Source: Nemertoderma westbladi (lineage: Eukaryota; Animalia; Xenacoelomorpha). Taken from it: a stretch of DNA of 64,000 nt. Position 1 is the first letter of the stretch. Each line of letters opens with the position of its first letter. This document shows, in pieces, positions 1-12,589 of the stretch. The notes below the pieces were generated by a model, which had not been told where the DNA came from, searched no databases, and was given only the letters and a program-made list of their open reading frames with translations. The translations under genes and the position numbers were made by a program. Location: contig JAUCBJ010008936.1 in NCBI GenBank assembly GCA_032718475.1, positions 62,001 to 126,000 on the forward strand, in the 5' to 3' direction.

Positions 1-261
1 ACATTAATCCTAAGCTAATGATTGTTAAAGACTGCAGTACTGGTTCATTTAGGCCTATTATTAGCTTGTTTGTTTATTATCATTCATAAACTGCTGTCAC
101 ATCAGGTAGAAGTATGTAAACGATAGGCTATCCTACTACAAATCTATACCTTCCTATATAGATAAGCTATGTAACTACAGCCAGCCCCCGTGCACCCCCC
201 CCTCCAATGCAATATAATACCTTTATCCTGCTGATAATATTTTATTACAAATTTTTTTTTA

Positions 262-374
262 ATCTGATTTAGGGGGGGGGGGGGGGTCAACGCCTATCTG
301 ATGACATCTGATTTAGGGGAGGGAGGGGGTCAACATTTTGGGGAAAAGTGCAGACGTCATACTTGGACGGCCCC
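262..374. mobile_element. Right end of a G-tract MITE (PIF/Harbinger-like), related to the MITE at 47280-47429
   Basis: Ends GACGTCATACTTGGACGGCCCC after poly-G tracts, like the GACGTCATTTATGGATAGCCCC end of the 47.3-kb MITE; left TIR not seen. Confidence 0.55.
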
Positions 375-409
375 TATGACATTGAGTATAATAGATAAAT
401 TGAGTAGGA

Positions 410-687
410 CATAGAAGCCATTGACTCCAATGCTGTAATACCTGTTATTAATATAGAATAAGAACACTTGACTTGCCCGTGGAAAATGTAGATAGTGATT
501 GAATTTATATTGTATTTTGGCATAACAAACGATGAATATTTAGCGCCACCCTCCATTATTGGGGAGGACATAGCATCCATTGTCTCCGACTCTGTAATAC
601 CTGTTATTAATATATAGATGAACACTTGACTTGTCCGTGGGAAATGTGATATGGGAAATCCTATGTTGTATTTTGGCATAAGAAACA
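410..687. repeat. Diverged tandem duplication, about 160-bp period
   Basis: catag..ccattg..ctgtaatacctgttattaatata..gaacacttgacttg.ccgtgg..ttgtattttggcataa occurs at ~410-530 and ~569-687. Confidence 0.8.
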
Positions 688-749
688 TGGTGTATTATTG
701 ACATGAAATATTTTTTGTCTCGGGCGGTGGGTATTATAAATTTACTATT

Positions 750-858
750 GTGACAGATGAGGGAGCTTGTGTGACACCTTGTGACAGAGATGGGAGGGGG
801 GGGGGGGGATGTATCAAACATCGGGGAAATTTGCTTGACTTACTTTATGAATGTCCCC
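750..858. mobile_element. Degenerate partial copy of the same G-tract MITE family
   Basis: gtgacacc.tgtgacaga-polyG-...tgacttactttatgaatgtcccc parallels the right half of the 47280-47429 MITE. Confidence 0.45.
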
Positions 859-1030
859 ATACTTATCATGGGACAACTATTTCCTCTTTCTTATATATTT
901 ATTTTTGCAGATCTAATCTGTCGCTTATTAATTGATATGACGATTTTTGCTACTCAGTATATTGAAATGTAATGAGTAATTTTTTATGATATTTTAATTA
1001 TATTTTTTTTTGGTTAATTATATTTGCAGG

Positions 1031-1611
1031 TGACGCAATCTGCAACGCAAGCGCAGATGTTACAAGGAATGGGAGGATGTGACGATGAACTTGTCTTACG
1101 GCGCAGTTCACATTTATTGTCTGACTGGACAATTGTCAGACTCGGAAGCTTATGTTCGCCAAGCAGTTTCCCTTGGGTTATGGTGACCCGGGGGACATCG
1201 CAGGCGTTGGAAATGTTGAAGGATTTCGTCATCTACTCCGGTTATCGTCCCAACAGTTTAGCGATTCGGAATCTGTCCTCCATGTTTTTGACATTCTGTC
1301 CCGCGAACAGGCACTGAGTAATACGTCTTTACGTTTGCGGAAATTCCCTGGCATTTGTGCGAATATTAACTCGGTCACATGCGATGAATTCAAATAATTC
1401 CTTGATAAGTCGCGTAATGAAACAGTTAATAACTCAGGGAACGCGCGATTGTTGATGACTCACGTGAAGATAGTCTCGGGAACTAAATGGGGATCCGTGA
1501 GCAACGAACTTAGGAGCGGAGAAAGTTATACAACCTGATAACTAAGTTTGGTAACCCACATCTGTTCCTCACCGTTGCTCCTAACGAAATGGGATCCCTT
1601 GCTGTTTTAAG
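1031..1611 (+). pseudogene. Helitron Rep N-terminal exon, degraded
   Basis: Across frameshifts and stops reads FAKQFPLGYGDP..FRHLLRLSSQQF..LLMTHVKIVSGTKWGS..RRKLYNLITKFGNPHLFLTVAPNE, matching the Helitron 'FP.G.G' and 'FG.P.LFLT' motifs; bounded by ttgcag| and aag|gt. Confidence 0.7.
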
Positions 1612-1828
1612 GTTACTTTATATTTAATAAAAATGGGGGAGGGTGGGTTTGTTAGTTGTACGTAGATTACGAGACACTGTATTCCGGGACATGGTATACA
1701 TTTATTTCTAAAATGTAGGGCGAGCCACAAAGTAAACGAGCATTGCATTAGCATACAGTTTAATTTTAATACATGGTCATAAATCGGCGTTGTATAAGGT
1801 TATGTTTGGATTTCTTATATAAAGATTT

Positions 1829-2425
1829 GTTGCTAGCACCAAATTTCGTATCCATGACGAAATAGTACAGGTTTGAGATAGTGCTGTTTTAAATGATTTC
1901 ATCGGATTCAGGTGATAATATATCAATATATATTTGCTTATTTTTAAAAATTTGGTGCAGGCACAACAATTTTAACCCGAAAAATATAAGTTTGAAAACT
2001 CTTACGCCATAAACATTTAAACGCGAGAAATAAGGTGTCACAAGCAATTGAACGGATTTTCAGAATTTCGTGCTGGCACCAAATTTAGCACACAGCACCG
2101 AAAAATACAAGTTTGATACGCCTGGTTCAACTCGTATATATTCCATTGAAACCAGAACCCCAAAAAACCCAAATTGTGTAAAAAACAGGTTTAAACAATC
2201 AATTTTCAACTTTGACATAATTAAAAATTTGGTGCTGGCACCAAAATTTGGCACACGACGAAAAACAAGTTTGAAATTTCTACATTTTGTGAACATTTTC
2301 ATCACTAAAGTTTAGTCAATTTTAGTTTAGTTATTTGGTGCTGGCACCAAAATTTGGCACACGACGAAAAACCAGTTTGAAATTTCTACATTTTGTGAAC
2401 ATTTTCATCACTAAAGTTTAGTCAA
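1829..2425. repeat. Array of palindromic TTTGGTGC-NN-GCACCAAA motifs including a ~106-bp near-exact tandem duplication
   Basis: Full or half motifs near 1830, 1951, 2068, 2228 and 2334; 2228-2319 is repeated at 2334-2425. Confidence 0.75.
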
Positions 2426-2513
2426 ATAGTTGATTTAAATACCTAGAAAGTCTTAGAGCTCCAAACTTAAGCTAGCTATTTAAATAATGTATTTTATTTT
2501 TTTTTGTAGATAA

Positions 2514-4293
2514 CACTGGGGAACAATTTGAAAAAAGTTTCTGTTGAGTGGGATTTTTTAGCTGATTTCGACTAAACTTGACATGCTGAATTCAAAACTG
2601 CAGTCAGTTTTTGCCTAGCACGTCAAGTTTTTGCTCTACAGCTTAGAATCTGAGCAAGCAAAATTGAATTTTAGAATTGAAAATTGAATTGAATTTACTG
2701 ATAATATACAATTACAAACATCTAAGGTTAGCAACCAGTGCAGTGTAGCCTATTTTAGGAAACTTACATTTGTCCAACACTAAATCGTGACTTCAGTAAG
2801 TTCTCAGGTGGAGGGAATTTTAAACCTGGAACTCAATTACATACATTTCTTGTCATACCAGTAGCGGTAGTGGTAGGCCTACCGGTACAGTATAGTGCTA
2901 TAGTAGGAAATCTCTGTTCTAATTTTAATACAGCTGTTGTTAAGGCCCCCGATGTACCTTCTAAACATTAATCAAAGACCTGTGAATAACTGTTTGTTGG
3001 ATGCGATTACCTCGTTCATTACCTGGTTCATTGGTTCGTCGACTCTGTCACATATCTGCTCACAGTTGTTTCAGATCATGTCTGCTCCTTCTACTTCTCG
3101 TCGCAAATGCGTAAACAGTCCCGATTCATTTTGCTATATCTGCGGTAGCTTCACCATTCCAAGCCAAAGAACAAACATTAGCGCATTTGTTAAGCATGCA
3201 TATTTCACATATTTTAAGGTAAAACTCGGTGATCAAGACAAGCCTTGGGCCCCCGAAAAGGTCTGCAAGCAGTGTGTTGAGAGTTTAAGGATGTGGACCA
3301 AAGGAACTCGTGAAAAGTTGGCATTTGGTATACCAATGATTTGGCGAGAACAAAAAGACCATTGCACTGATTGGCCTCCAAGATCTGACCTCAAATCTGG
3401 AGATCCCAATATTCTATATGACCCACTTGTTGACAGGAGTAAAATAATATTCCCACCTCTGCACATAAAACTGGGTCTCATAAAGCAATTCGTCAAAGCA
3501 CTACCAACTGAAGGCGACTGTTTCAAGTATCTCACCTTGGTATTTCCTGGGCTGTCCATTGAAAAGATCAAGGCCGGTGTCTTTGATGGTTCACAGATTC
3601 GGCAGCTCACCAGGGATGAACATTTCATTGGGACCAAGTCGCAACTGGAGGAAAAAGCTTGGTTATCATTCAAAGATGTCATAAAGAACTTTCTTTGAAA
3701 TACAAGAGCAAAGAATCACGCTGAAATTGTCCAGAAACTATTGGATAGCTACAAAGCACTCGGTTGCAACATGAGCATAAAACTGAACTTTCTTCATAGT
3801 CACCTTGATAGCTTCCCGGAAAATCTTGGTGCTGTCAGTGATGAGCAGGGTGAACGATTTCACCAAGATTTGAAGGTCATGGAAGAGCGTTATCAGGGTA
3901 GGTGGGATGTACTTATGATGGCGGACTATTGCTGGAGCATCAAGCGCGATTGTCCAAAGATTGAACACTCAAGGAAAAGCTATAAGCGTAAATTTTTACC
4001 TTAAAACATACTTTCAGTAGCCATATATCCCTATAATAACCTTAATGTGGCTATTACCTAATTTCTAAACGTTGTAATGCAATGTATTTGATCTCTATCT
4101 ATGCAATAGTTAAAAACATTATATTTTATGTATCTTTTAACCGCAGAGTTTTTCTGATATTTAAAATAAAGCGAATGATCCTATAGTTCAAAAAGTTGTA
4201 GAGAAAAACTGATATCATTTTTGGATTCAGCAGCCCAAAATTAGTGTGTTGTTCCCCAGTGCCAGTTCCCCACAAAAATTGTGTTCCCCAGTG
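2514..4293 (+). mobile_element. Chapaev3-type (CMC) DNA transposon, internally deleted
   Basis: TIRs CACTGGGGAACA.. / ..TGTTCCCCAGTG plus imperfect subterminal inverted blocks; left flank TAA; encodes Chapaev3-like transposase pieces. Confidence 0.88.
3078..4004 (+). pseudogene. Chapaev3 transposase with large in-frame internal deletion and a premature stop
   Basis: CVNSPDSFCYICG..YFKVKLGDQDKPWAP..WREQKDHCTD is joined directly to WPPR..PPLHIKLGLIKQFVKAL; TGA at 3696-3698; then GCNMSIKLNFLHSHLD..SDEQGERFHQD..MMADYCW. Confidence 0.88.
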
Positions 4294-4829
4294 AATAGAA
4301 TCGATCAACATTAACGCCAGGTGACCTACGAAGATCGAGATTGAGCAGTACCGGGACCTGGGCGACATCGACTTGTCCGCGCCCAAACTAGATGTCCCAA
4401 AAGTGTAATCCCGTGTAATCCCGCAAAGACCGCAGAGTCGCTTATTCGAGTCCCATCTTTATTCCTGAGACTTAAAGTGGTCTTATAAACTGACAAGTAG
4501 GTCCAATAATCATAAAAAAATACCTTCTCAATTAAAATTTTGTTGTGCTCTTTCTCGTGGAGATATCCAATTGGCACCACTGGGCACATAAATTTGCAGA
4601 AATTGAATGCAAACCTCAAACTTCATCGCCTTTACTGATATCGCGATATATCGGAGCCAGTATCTTCTATCCCAGCTATCTCGAAAACTAAGAAAGATAT
4701 GGGAAAACGGTTTCTATATTTGGATTCAGCATGAAATTCTGCATTAGATAGGATATGTTTCAAAAATTCGTATTTTTGGTCAGAAAATGCGCTACCCCAC
4801 CCCTTAAGTGATGCGGGGGTATTTTGTGC

Positions 4830-5455
4830 TAACTAATTTTGCGCTCAGACAAGAGTTGATGAATTAGACAAAATAAAGTGTCCGAATAACTTTCGCACCA
4901 TCGAACTTGACTTAGCTCAGGAATTTCTAGAACAAGATTTAGAAATGAACGCCCGGACGTTACATTCGCTAGAACAGGATTCGGCTGAACCTGGAAGTTA
5001 TGACATTGCTATTTCAGCCAATGAGAAGAGAAGCCCCCCCCCCCCCCCCCCCCCCCAATTGTAAGGAGGCAATTGCCGTAAAATCATCCGTCGCTCCCCA
5101 TCATCGGACAAAGTTTCTTTATCATTTGGTTTTAACGCTCGGGAGGTTTGTAACTGAGTGGGATGTTATGGAAGTTGCTTCCTTCCCTATAGCATTCCAG
5201 AATGCTGGGATGGTTGCTGATTTCAACAAGGGAAGAAGCCAACCTCATTAGTAGGCACTATGTAGAAGAACAACTGCAAACTTATTCTTTTGGCGCCAGA
5301 CAATTTTAGAAATATCTCAAAAATACCATTGCAGCAATTGATGATATATTGTTCTCCAATGGTCATTTATCTACAGATTTTCCTTCTGTTTCATACATTG
5401 ATCTACGTGAAGAATAATCTGAGCGAATTCAAACAATAGAGAATATAAGGAAAAG
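4830..5455 (+). pseudogene. Second Helitron RepHel fragment (Rep-to-helicase region), degraded
   Basis: VAPHHRTKFLYHLVLTLGRFVTEWDV..AFQNAG..RHYVEEQLQTY resembles the 'FL.H.LLS.GRF.TE.D..YI.EQL' block recalled from Helitron RepHel proteins; ends at aag|gt; same strand as 1031-1611. Confidence 0.55.
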
Positions 5456-5796
5456 GTACTTTGTGGATACAAACCATAGTGATCTACAGTAAGTAGGAAA
5501 ATGGTGATCCCCCAGAAAGACTCCTTTATCTTAGCCACTCTGGATGAGCCACTTGATTAGGATTATTATATTTTATATCAATTTGTGGCAAGTCGTAACA
5601 ATTTTATATTTACCCTAAACGTAAATTAATTCATTTGCATTTATTCTGTTGAATACATTTACTGAAATTTAAATTTACTGCTGCTGTATACAATATATTT
5701 GCTGGACTATATAGTTTATCATTTATATTTTGTTGCTAGGAAAATTTGGTGTCATCACTTCCAGCAATGACGACATTATTCGATTACTATATAAGC

Positions 5797-5826
5797 TGAG
5801 TTCGCTCGACCTAGTAGTAGTAGTAG
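5797..5826 (+). mobile_element. 30-bp 5'-truncated RTE-like LINE stub with (TAG)n tail
   Basis: tgagttcgctcgacctagtagtagtagtag flanked by 9-bp TSD TATATAAGC (5788-5796, 5827-5835); same 3' end as the insert at 14906-15008. Confidence 0.8.
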
Positions 5827-6117
5827 TATATAAGCCCAAGGTATTAGTTCAGTGTCGTTTTTCATAGTTTCAGTCTTCAGAATTACAATATTATTATCAG
5901 TCTTCATGCAGTCATTCAGAGTTCGCTTATCTGTTCTGTAGCATACTAGGCCATATACATCAAAACTAAATAAACTTCTGAATTATGTAATTATATTTCA
6001 TTTCTGTATTCTTTCTGGCATTCTCGCATGATGCCTGAGTAGAGACTCATCAGCCAGGGGGCCAACTGACGTGGAGCCCAGGAACAACAGCTGTAACGTT
6101 ACATAGTTGCAAATCAA

Positions 6118-9020
6118 GCATTGCAGAAATCTGCAACTGTGGAGCAAGATCTCCTATCATTATAATCATATGCCAGAATTTATCCAACCTTTATGTTCTT
6201 GATCGCATAAAATATAATACAAACCTTTCCAAGATGTATTTCTTGCTTTGGCCGTACATTGCCATCCTTGGAATGCATAATGAACTTGCCAAAGGAAGAT
6301 ACATCTTGGGGGTTAATATAATAATATTGTGATCTGTGTTGGAAGAAGAAATTGTAGCAATTGTCTAATTCCTCATTTTTTTTTTGTTTCTCTGTATATA
6401 CAGACTTGGTTGTCGGGATTAGTTCCCCATTGTAGTCGCAGATCACATCACCACATATGAAGGATTTGGTAGTTATAAGACACTGACCAAAAACTTCAGA
6501 GGGATGTGTCTCGACTTTGAGGTGTCCTAATGAGTGCTGGTGTTGGAAGAAGAAATTGTAGCAATTGTCTAATTCCTCATTTTTTTTTTGTTTCTCTGTA
6601 TATACAGACTTGGTTGTCGGGATTAGTTCCCCATTGTAGTCGCAGATCACATCACCACATATGAAGGATTTGGTAGTTATAAGACACTGACCAAAATTTC
6701 AGAGGGATGTGTCTCGACTTTGAGGTGTCCTAATGAGTGCTGACCTCTTTTATACACTTTGTATATATAGTGTTGCCTTTCGATGGTCTGCCGATGCCCC
6801 CAGTATGTTCTTAGATTTTTATGAGAGAGCGACTGCACTCTAAACCAGTGTGCAGAAGGGCATCCCGCAGCATTCCATCATCTGGGGTAATCTTTACACT
6901 GTGTGTTGGAGAGTATATGGCCAGAAGTTGCTCTTTGGCCTCTTTAAGCTGAATTACTGCATCCTTACCTTTCAATGGACTGGTCCACTGTCATTTGGAA
7001 GAAGATGCAGTCTTTGGACTTGTAGTTCCAGAAGTTCCTACTTTGGTATATACAGCTTCCTCTTCCACAAGTATAAGAGTTACCCCATCCATAATATGGT
7101 GGAAATTCTGGTAGCCATCAAAGATCTCAGAAATGAGCTCTGGCTGGTTGCTTTGTGACAGCAATTTAATAGATTCATGACCATCAAAGCTCTTAGTTGT
7201 GTCGAAAATGTAATTATGATCTCTCGTAACCACAGAGTGACAGATAAGATGCCAGCTTATCTCGAGTTTCTTGGCAAGATAGCTTAGAGGCAGCAGTCTC
7301 AACTATCTTCCAGATCTGAGTGGCACAAGGCTTAAACTCGAGATGGAGGCTTTCATGAATCCGCTCAATCTCCTGAGAGGGAGAGACCCCATAAAACTTC
7401 CCTCTACCATTGATGAACACATAGTTGCTATGTGAGACACCCGCTTGCTTTAGCATGCGCGGTCTAATCATATCGCAATAATGTTGAATCATCCTGTAGC
7501 GGGAGGACAACTGCAGCATTATTTGTTGCCTTTGTCTTATGGCCAGCAACCAAAATCAAGTGCTGCCTTGATTCTGACACAAAGGGCGGCTTATATGCCC
7601 GACGGAATTCCACCATCTTCATCTTTCCAGCAACACTAGGGCGTTGGTGCTCCCCAACTATGATAATGGCCATGAGGTACCGAACATAGAACGAATATAA
7701 TATGCAATCAATCCACCCTATGTGAAGTTTCCTCTAGGCCTCAATCACAGAAAGAAGGATTTTCTCATCCTTCACAAGAAACAGGGCATCTGCTGGAGTC
7801 TTATCATGAAACTCAATCATTGAGTTTAGCTCCTTCTGTCTCTCTACGGATGACCAAAGGGTGATATTTTTGTGGAAGCTCTTGATAGCCTTTCTGACTA
7901 AGGAGATCTTGGATTGTAGGTGAGATGATATTTCATCTGCACCAGTTGATCCAGATCTGAACTGAAAGAACCTCAGTAGGCACTTCAGGTGGCCATCTAA
8001 ACTTTCACCCTTTATGCCACATTTCTCATGCTCCTCTGCCATCACCAACTTCAACTGCCCAAGGTCACAGACTGACAGTTCTACAAAACCCTGATCAGTA
8101 GTGCCCAACCACCTCTGAAACTGGAATGCAATAGTAGCAACCGTGTTAAGGTTATGCTTGACATATTTTTGACTGTTTGATGTTGATCTGCCGCCATGGA
8201 GTCCTTCCATTTCTGGAGAACCTGTACATGGGTCGGATCAAACCTTAGGTCAAAATCATGTATAGCAAGCTTGCCCTTAACCGATTGCGCACCCCAGTCA
8301 TAGCCAGTTGTAACACACGTCCCTACCACCTCTTCTCAATCACTATCATCATCACTCTGGGGAGTTTAGGAGGTCGTATGATCTCTCCTTCACTATCAGC
8401 ATCATCTGAGGAAAACCAAAAACTCAAGTTCCTCCTATAACCTTTATCCTTAAGGACAGAGTCGCACCTTGCAAGGATGACTTGAACAAGGTGTGGTAGG
8501 GGAATGCAAGTTTATCGTTGAAGGTGATGCTGAAGGAATATCTACAGTAATCTGCCCCTCATTAAGGTCTCCCGTTGCCAATACCATTACCTGCCTGACT
8601 TCCTACGTTTCTATATTTTATAAAGTCATTGCCTCTTAATGATATAACTTTGTTTGGGACACCCTTATCAACTTTTTTACCTAGCCATAAAATATCCCAA
8701 TCAGACAATACTTCAGCCCCCTCCCCAACATTGTTTGAAACCATAATTTGCTTAACTACTGTATAAATATAATCTTCTAGATTATTGATGACCTTTGTAG
8801 AATTAGATTGGGACCATGCTTCTTTAAATTCTTGCATTCGTAGTTTGGATTCTTCCTTTCTTAAATTATGAACTTTCTGAAGATGTGTAGAGAGGTACTT
8901 CTGTGGCCTAGGGGGATCGCATATAGTGCAGTCGATTATATAGCGGATTGGTTTCGATGGAATTACTTTGGAGGGTCCAGTGCCAGTTGGGGCAGAATCA
9001 TCAGAATCAGAATAAGACAT
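6118..9020 (-). pseudogene. Tyrosine recombinase-SET domain fusion gene (C2H2 + YR + PR-Set7/KMT5A-like SET), multiply frameshifted
   Basis: N-terminal CTICD..HLQKVH zinc finger; YR motifs GEHQRPSV (R), VAGHKT (K), TQIWK (R to W), CHSVVTRDHNY (H/Y); C-terminal SET: GQCLITTKSF.CGDVICDYNGEL..CYNFFF..SFGKFIMHSKDGN..IIFYAIKNIKVG*ILAYDY. Confidence 0.8.
6336..6742. repeat. Recent 204-bp tandem duplication within the SET domain
   Basis: 6336-6539 is nearly identical to 6540-6742 (1-bp indel). Confidence 0.95.
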
Positions 9021-9069
9021 ATTAGATAAGAAAGAGTGGAGAGTGAAAAAAAAAGAAATAATAAATCAA

Positions 9070-9253
9070 ATTGCAGTTGAGGTTATAAAGTTAATAGAAC
9101 AATTCGTAGATCAAAGATAATACAGATTGATGTAGAAATTGAGTATATCGAAAAAATAATATTTATAGAAGAATGCAAATATTGCAGTTGAGTTGATAAA
9201 ATTCGTAGAACAATTCGTAGATCAAAGTAAATAGAGATTGATATAGAAATTGA
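9070..9253. repeat. 111-bp period duplication upstream of the YR-SET start
   Basis: attgcagttgag..tagaacaattcgtagatcaaag..gattgat.tagaaattgag at 9070 and 9181. Confidence 0.75.
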
Positions 9254-10514
9254 GATAGATAACTGAATTATTTAATTATTAGGTTATTTTTATGTACAAA
9301 TTTGAACTTCTGTCTTGACTTTAACACCCTGGTAGCTAAATGAATGGAAGCGGTGTTGCTGCAGGTATAAATCCTGCCTTTAAAATTACTTATTTTACCA
9401 ATTTTCCCAAAATACTGTATATTTAGTGATAAAGGACCAGTTACGGTATCATATTGATTTGTTTCTTACAAATTATTCTTTAGTAAAGGTTCTTACGCCA
9501 TCTTGTGCTATTACACCTATATTCGATCTAATTTCTGTTGTATGGCCTACTAAGCCTCAAATGGAATACGTGACGCTTATTGGCAATGCTCCTTCCTGAT
9601 AAAGCTAGTATATAAGTGCGGTTGTGCTATGATTGATTTTACTCTCTCTTTTTGGTATTGTTTGACAGAAGAAGTCGCACTGCCCATGCAGAGGCTTTAT
9701 TCCCCGGTCAGGTTTAACTGACTGGTGGTTATTACAGGCCAAATGTCTAAAATTAAAGAGTTAATAATTGAATTATAATTATTCATTGCTACATTGTATA
9801 TTCTACTGGTTTATTCAATTTATCTTTATTATTTGCTTAATATATCGCCGATATTATGTAATCAAGGAGGTTTTACACGCGCCACAACAGGTGGGTTGCA
9901 GTAACTAAGTATCAGTGATAATCTGGACAATTGTATCAGATTTGTGTGCTGTTATATCTCTGACTTACTAAATAATTAATATATGGCGATATTTCAGACC
10001 ATTAATGTAAGCAAAGCTCTCATTATTAATTGCATCACGATTGAGAGTTGTCACAAATTGAATACTGTAGCGATATCAATATAATTAGACCCGAAGACTT
10101 GTCTCTATACGTTTCCCCTAAAGGGAAACACAATCACCAGACTTGAGTTCTTACAGAATTAATTAGTCAGTCATTTGCTTGTTATACTGTGTTGTCACAC
10201 CCTCCCGGTATAGTGTCTCAGTCAAATACAATAGATAATCAAATACCGTATTGAACTAAGTGAAATATAGAGCAAATCAATGCATCGAAAGGAAAAAGGG
10301 CAAAGAAACAGATACAGTGAGCGGCCCTTGTTGACAGGTACACTAGCACAATCCCGTTTATTGTATCAGACCAGACATCTTGCCTTCAATTTTGCATGGT
10401 TTATTAAGTAACAGAAAAGAGTCAAAATATATGAAAATTGAGAGTGAAAGAACATAATTTACTAAAAGCACTAACACCCACAGATATTCCACTCACCAAA
10501 TGGGTCAAATTAAA

Positions 10515-10751
10515 AACTAAAATTAGTAACTAGGTACTAAAATTAGTAACTGGATACTAAAATTAGTAACTGGGAATGAAAATAGTAACTTACCATGTAC
10601 TGAAATTAGTAACTGGATAGTGAAATTAGTAACCGCGTCTTGAAATTAGTAACAGGGTACTGAAATTAGTAACTGGGTACTGAAATTAGTAACAGGGCCC
10701 TGAAATTCGTAACTGGGTACTAAAATTGGTAACCGGGTACTGAAATTAGTG
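10515..10751. repeat. 20-bp minisatellite (TACTGAAATTAGTAACTGGG)n, about 12 copies
   Basis: Directly visible tandem units with AAATTAGTAAC core. Confidence 0.92.
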
Positions 10752-11599
10752 TTTTTATACCTACGAGATTAGCACTACATTGGGGATTAACCAGACATTA
10801 TTGTAAATTACTGTTGTTAGATATATTTGCTATAAGCTAATAAGATAAAAGCATTGCGTTTTTTTACACATAATGCTAATATTATTCATATTATGATTAT
10901 AATATTAATAAATAGCGTTTTTACCCATTGTTATTCTGTAATATTATAAAACAAACCGCACCAATTTTGTTCAGATGTATTAAGTTATTGCATTTATAGA
11001 AATAACATTGTTTATATGGAAATTCTATGTAGGCCTATTACAAGATACCATGCATTTAATAACATTAAAATCATAATGTTTTAGTATTGATGTACTAATG
11101 TTAGAATAATAATGATAAAATAGTGAGAAACTAAATCAGGAATGCTATGAGAATGCTATGAAATAATTCCAATATTAGCTTAATGTTAGAATAACATTAG
11201 AATTGTAAGGGTGGGAAACCCACTAACTATTAGAATTCCAATGTTAAAATAACACTGATTAATATTGGTTACCGAATACTGCCGAAAGTGCACTTTTATT
11301 GCACAGGGTCCGAGCGCTTTGCCAAAAAAATTTAAAACTGGCATTAGTTTAACATTTGAATTTTAATATTTTATTATATGAATAAAGATGTTAATAAACA
11401 TTATTTTAATGTTGCTATGGTTTGCAGGGTAGAGGTTATGATTCAAAATTACCACAGCAACTGGGTGTTTCGACATAGCAACGGCTTCTCTAAACATTAT
11501 TAGACTATGGGACCGCTACCTACCCCTACTATATCGACTACTGCGGATTTAATGGACGCGGTACCATAGCAACACGGTGAAGCAAGTTAGAGTTACGTT

Positions 11600-11976
11600 A
11601 GTACGTTTTTAGTGTTTTATTGAACCCAAACAATGTAGATCCTGAGGACAGGGAAACAAGAATCCACGGTATTACAGAATTAGTAAGTGATATCTGTAAA
11701 CAGTATACACCAGGTCGGAATTTATCCCTTGATGAAGCATTACTACTTTTCAAAGGTCGGCTCGGATTCAATGTATTTATTCGCACGAAACGTTCCCGCT
11801 TTAGGATCAAACTATTTATTCTTTGTGACTCTAATGGGTATTTGGTTGTTGCAAGGGTGTATTTTGGGAAGAATGCCACAATACCCCAGATATTGGCAAC
11901 ACCACAGCTTCCACATAGTCGCTTTGTTACTTGATAAATCCGATTTATTGAAGAAAGGATACATTGTCCACATAGA
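11600..11976 (+). pseudogene. piggyBac (PGBD4-like) transposase, fragment 1
   Basis: YTPGRNLSLDEALLLFKGRLGF..IKLFILCDSNGY..YFGK..LLKKGYIVHI; contains the first catalytic D. Confidence 0.9.
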
Positions 11977-12265
11977 AATTCTAAACTTATGAATTATTAC
12001 TTTTAATTATTGAACTATGAATTAAAACTTATTATGAAATTCTAAACTCGTATAAAACCATAAATTATAATATATTGACCCAATATATAATATAAACCAT
12101 AAATGGATATTATATTTATATACATAAAAAATATGTAATTAGATAGAGAATAATTCGAATTATAACGATAAAAACAGCTGGTTATGTGCTCGTATCATAG
12201 TTTCCTAATATAGGTATCACAATAATTGATGCATTATAGTTCAGTTAGTATTCCCGGCGGTAGGT

Positions 12266-12589
12266 CTAGTTCAAGTCTAACTCATTTTCTATTTCTTGTA
12301 TTCCTGCAACAAATGCTGGTCTCGAGCACTTCTTCGAAAATTCGTGCCGATATTCCATACATGGAAACAAATAAAGACCCCATACATCCTTCACCCATGC
12401 GGCATCCTTTGATCCATAAAAGTAGACCCATAAACATTTACCCATCTTTAATCCCGGAGGATCGGCCATGGCTGGTGGAGCAGAAATACGACCAGGCCAT
12501 GGTGTATCTTTTTTGCGCATTTTCACCCACACCAGATCACCAATCCTCATCATTTGCGACTCATCTGACTCCAGACCAGAACTGGTCAA
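12266..12589 (-). CDS. Stand-alone PWWP-domain protein (intronless, about 95-107 aa)
   Basis: IGDLVWVKMRK..PWPGRI..WVYFYGSKDAAWV..LFP..F..GIQEIE is a complete PWWP fold signature; open ORF with AT-rich flanks. Confidence 0.8.
   Translation of the reverse strand: MTSSGLESDESQMMRIGDLVWVKMRKKDTPWPGRISAPPAMADPPGLKMGKCLWVYFYGSKDAAWVKDVWGLYLFPCMEYRHEFSKKCSRPAFVAGIQEIENELDLN

Noticed and set aside
4470-4808. TTAA-flanked Kolobok or Transib-like MITE
   Set aside because: It looks like a transposon end but the two termini do not form convincing TIRs
6180-6650. Host KMT5A/PR-Set7 gene
   Set aside because: Intronless, internally duplicated, has a stop before the YDY motif, and is contiguous with a YR relic
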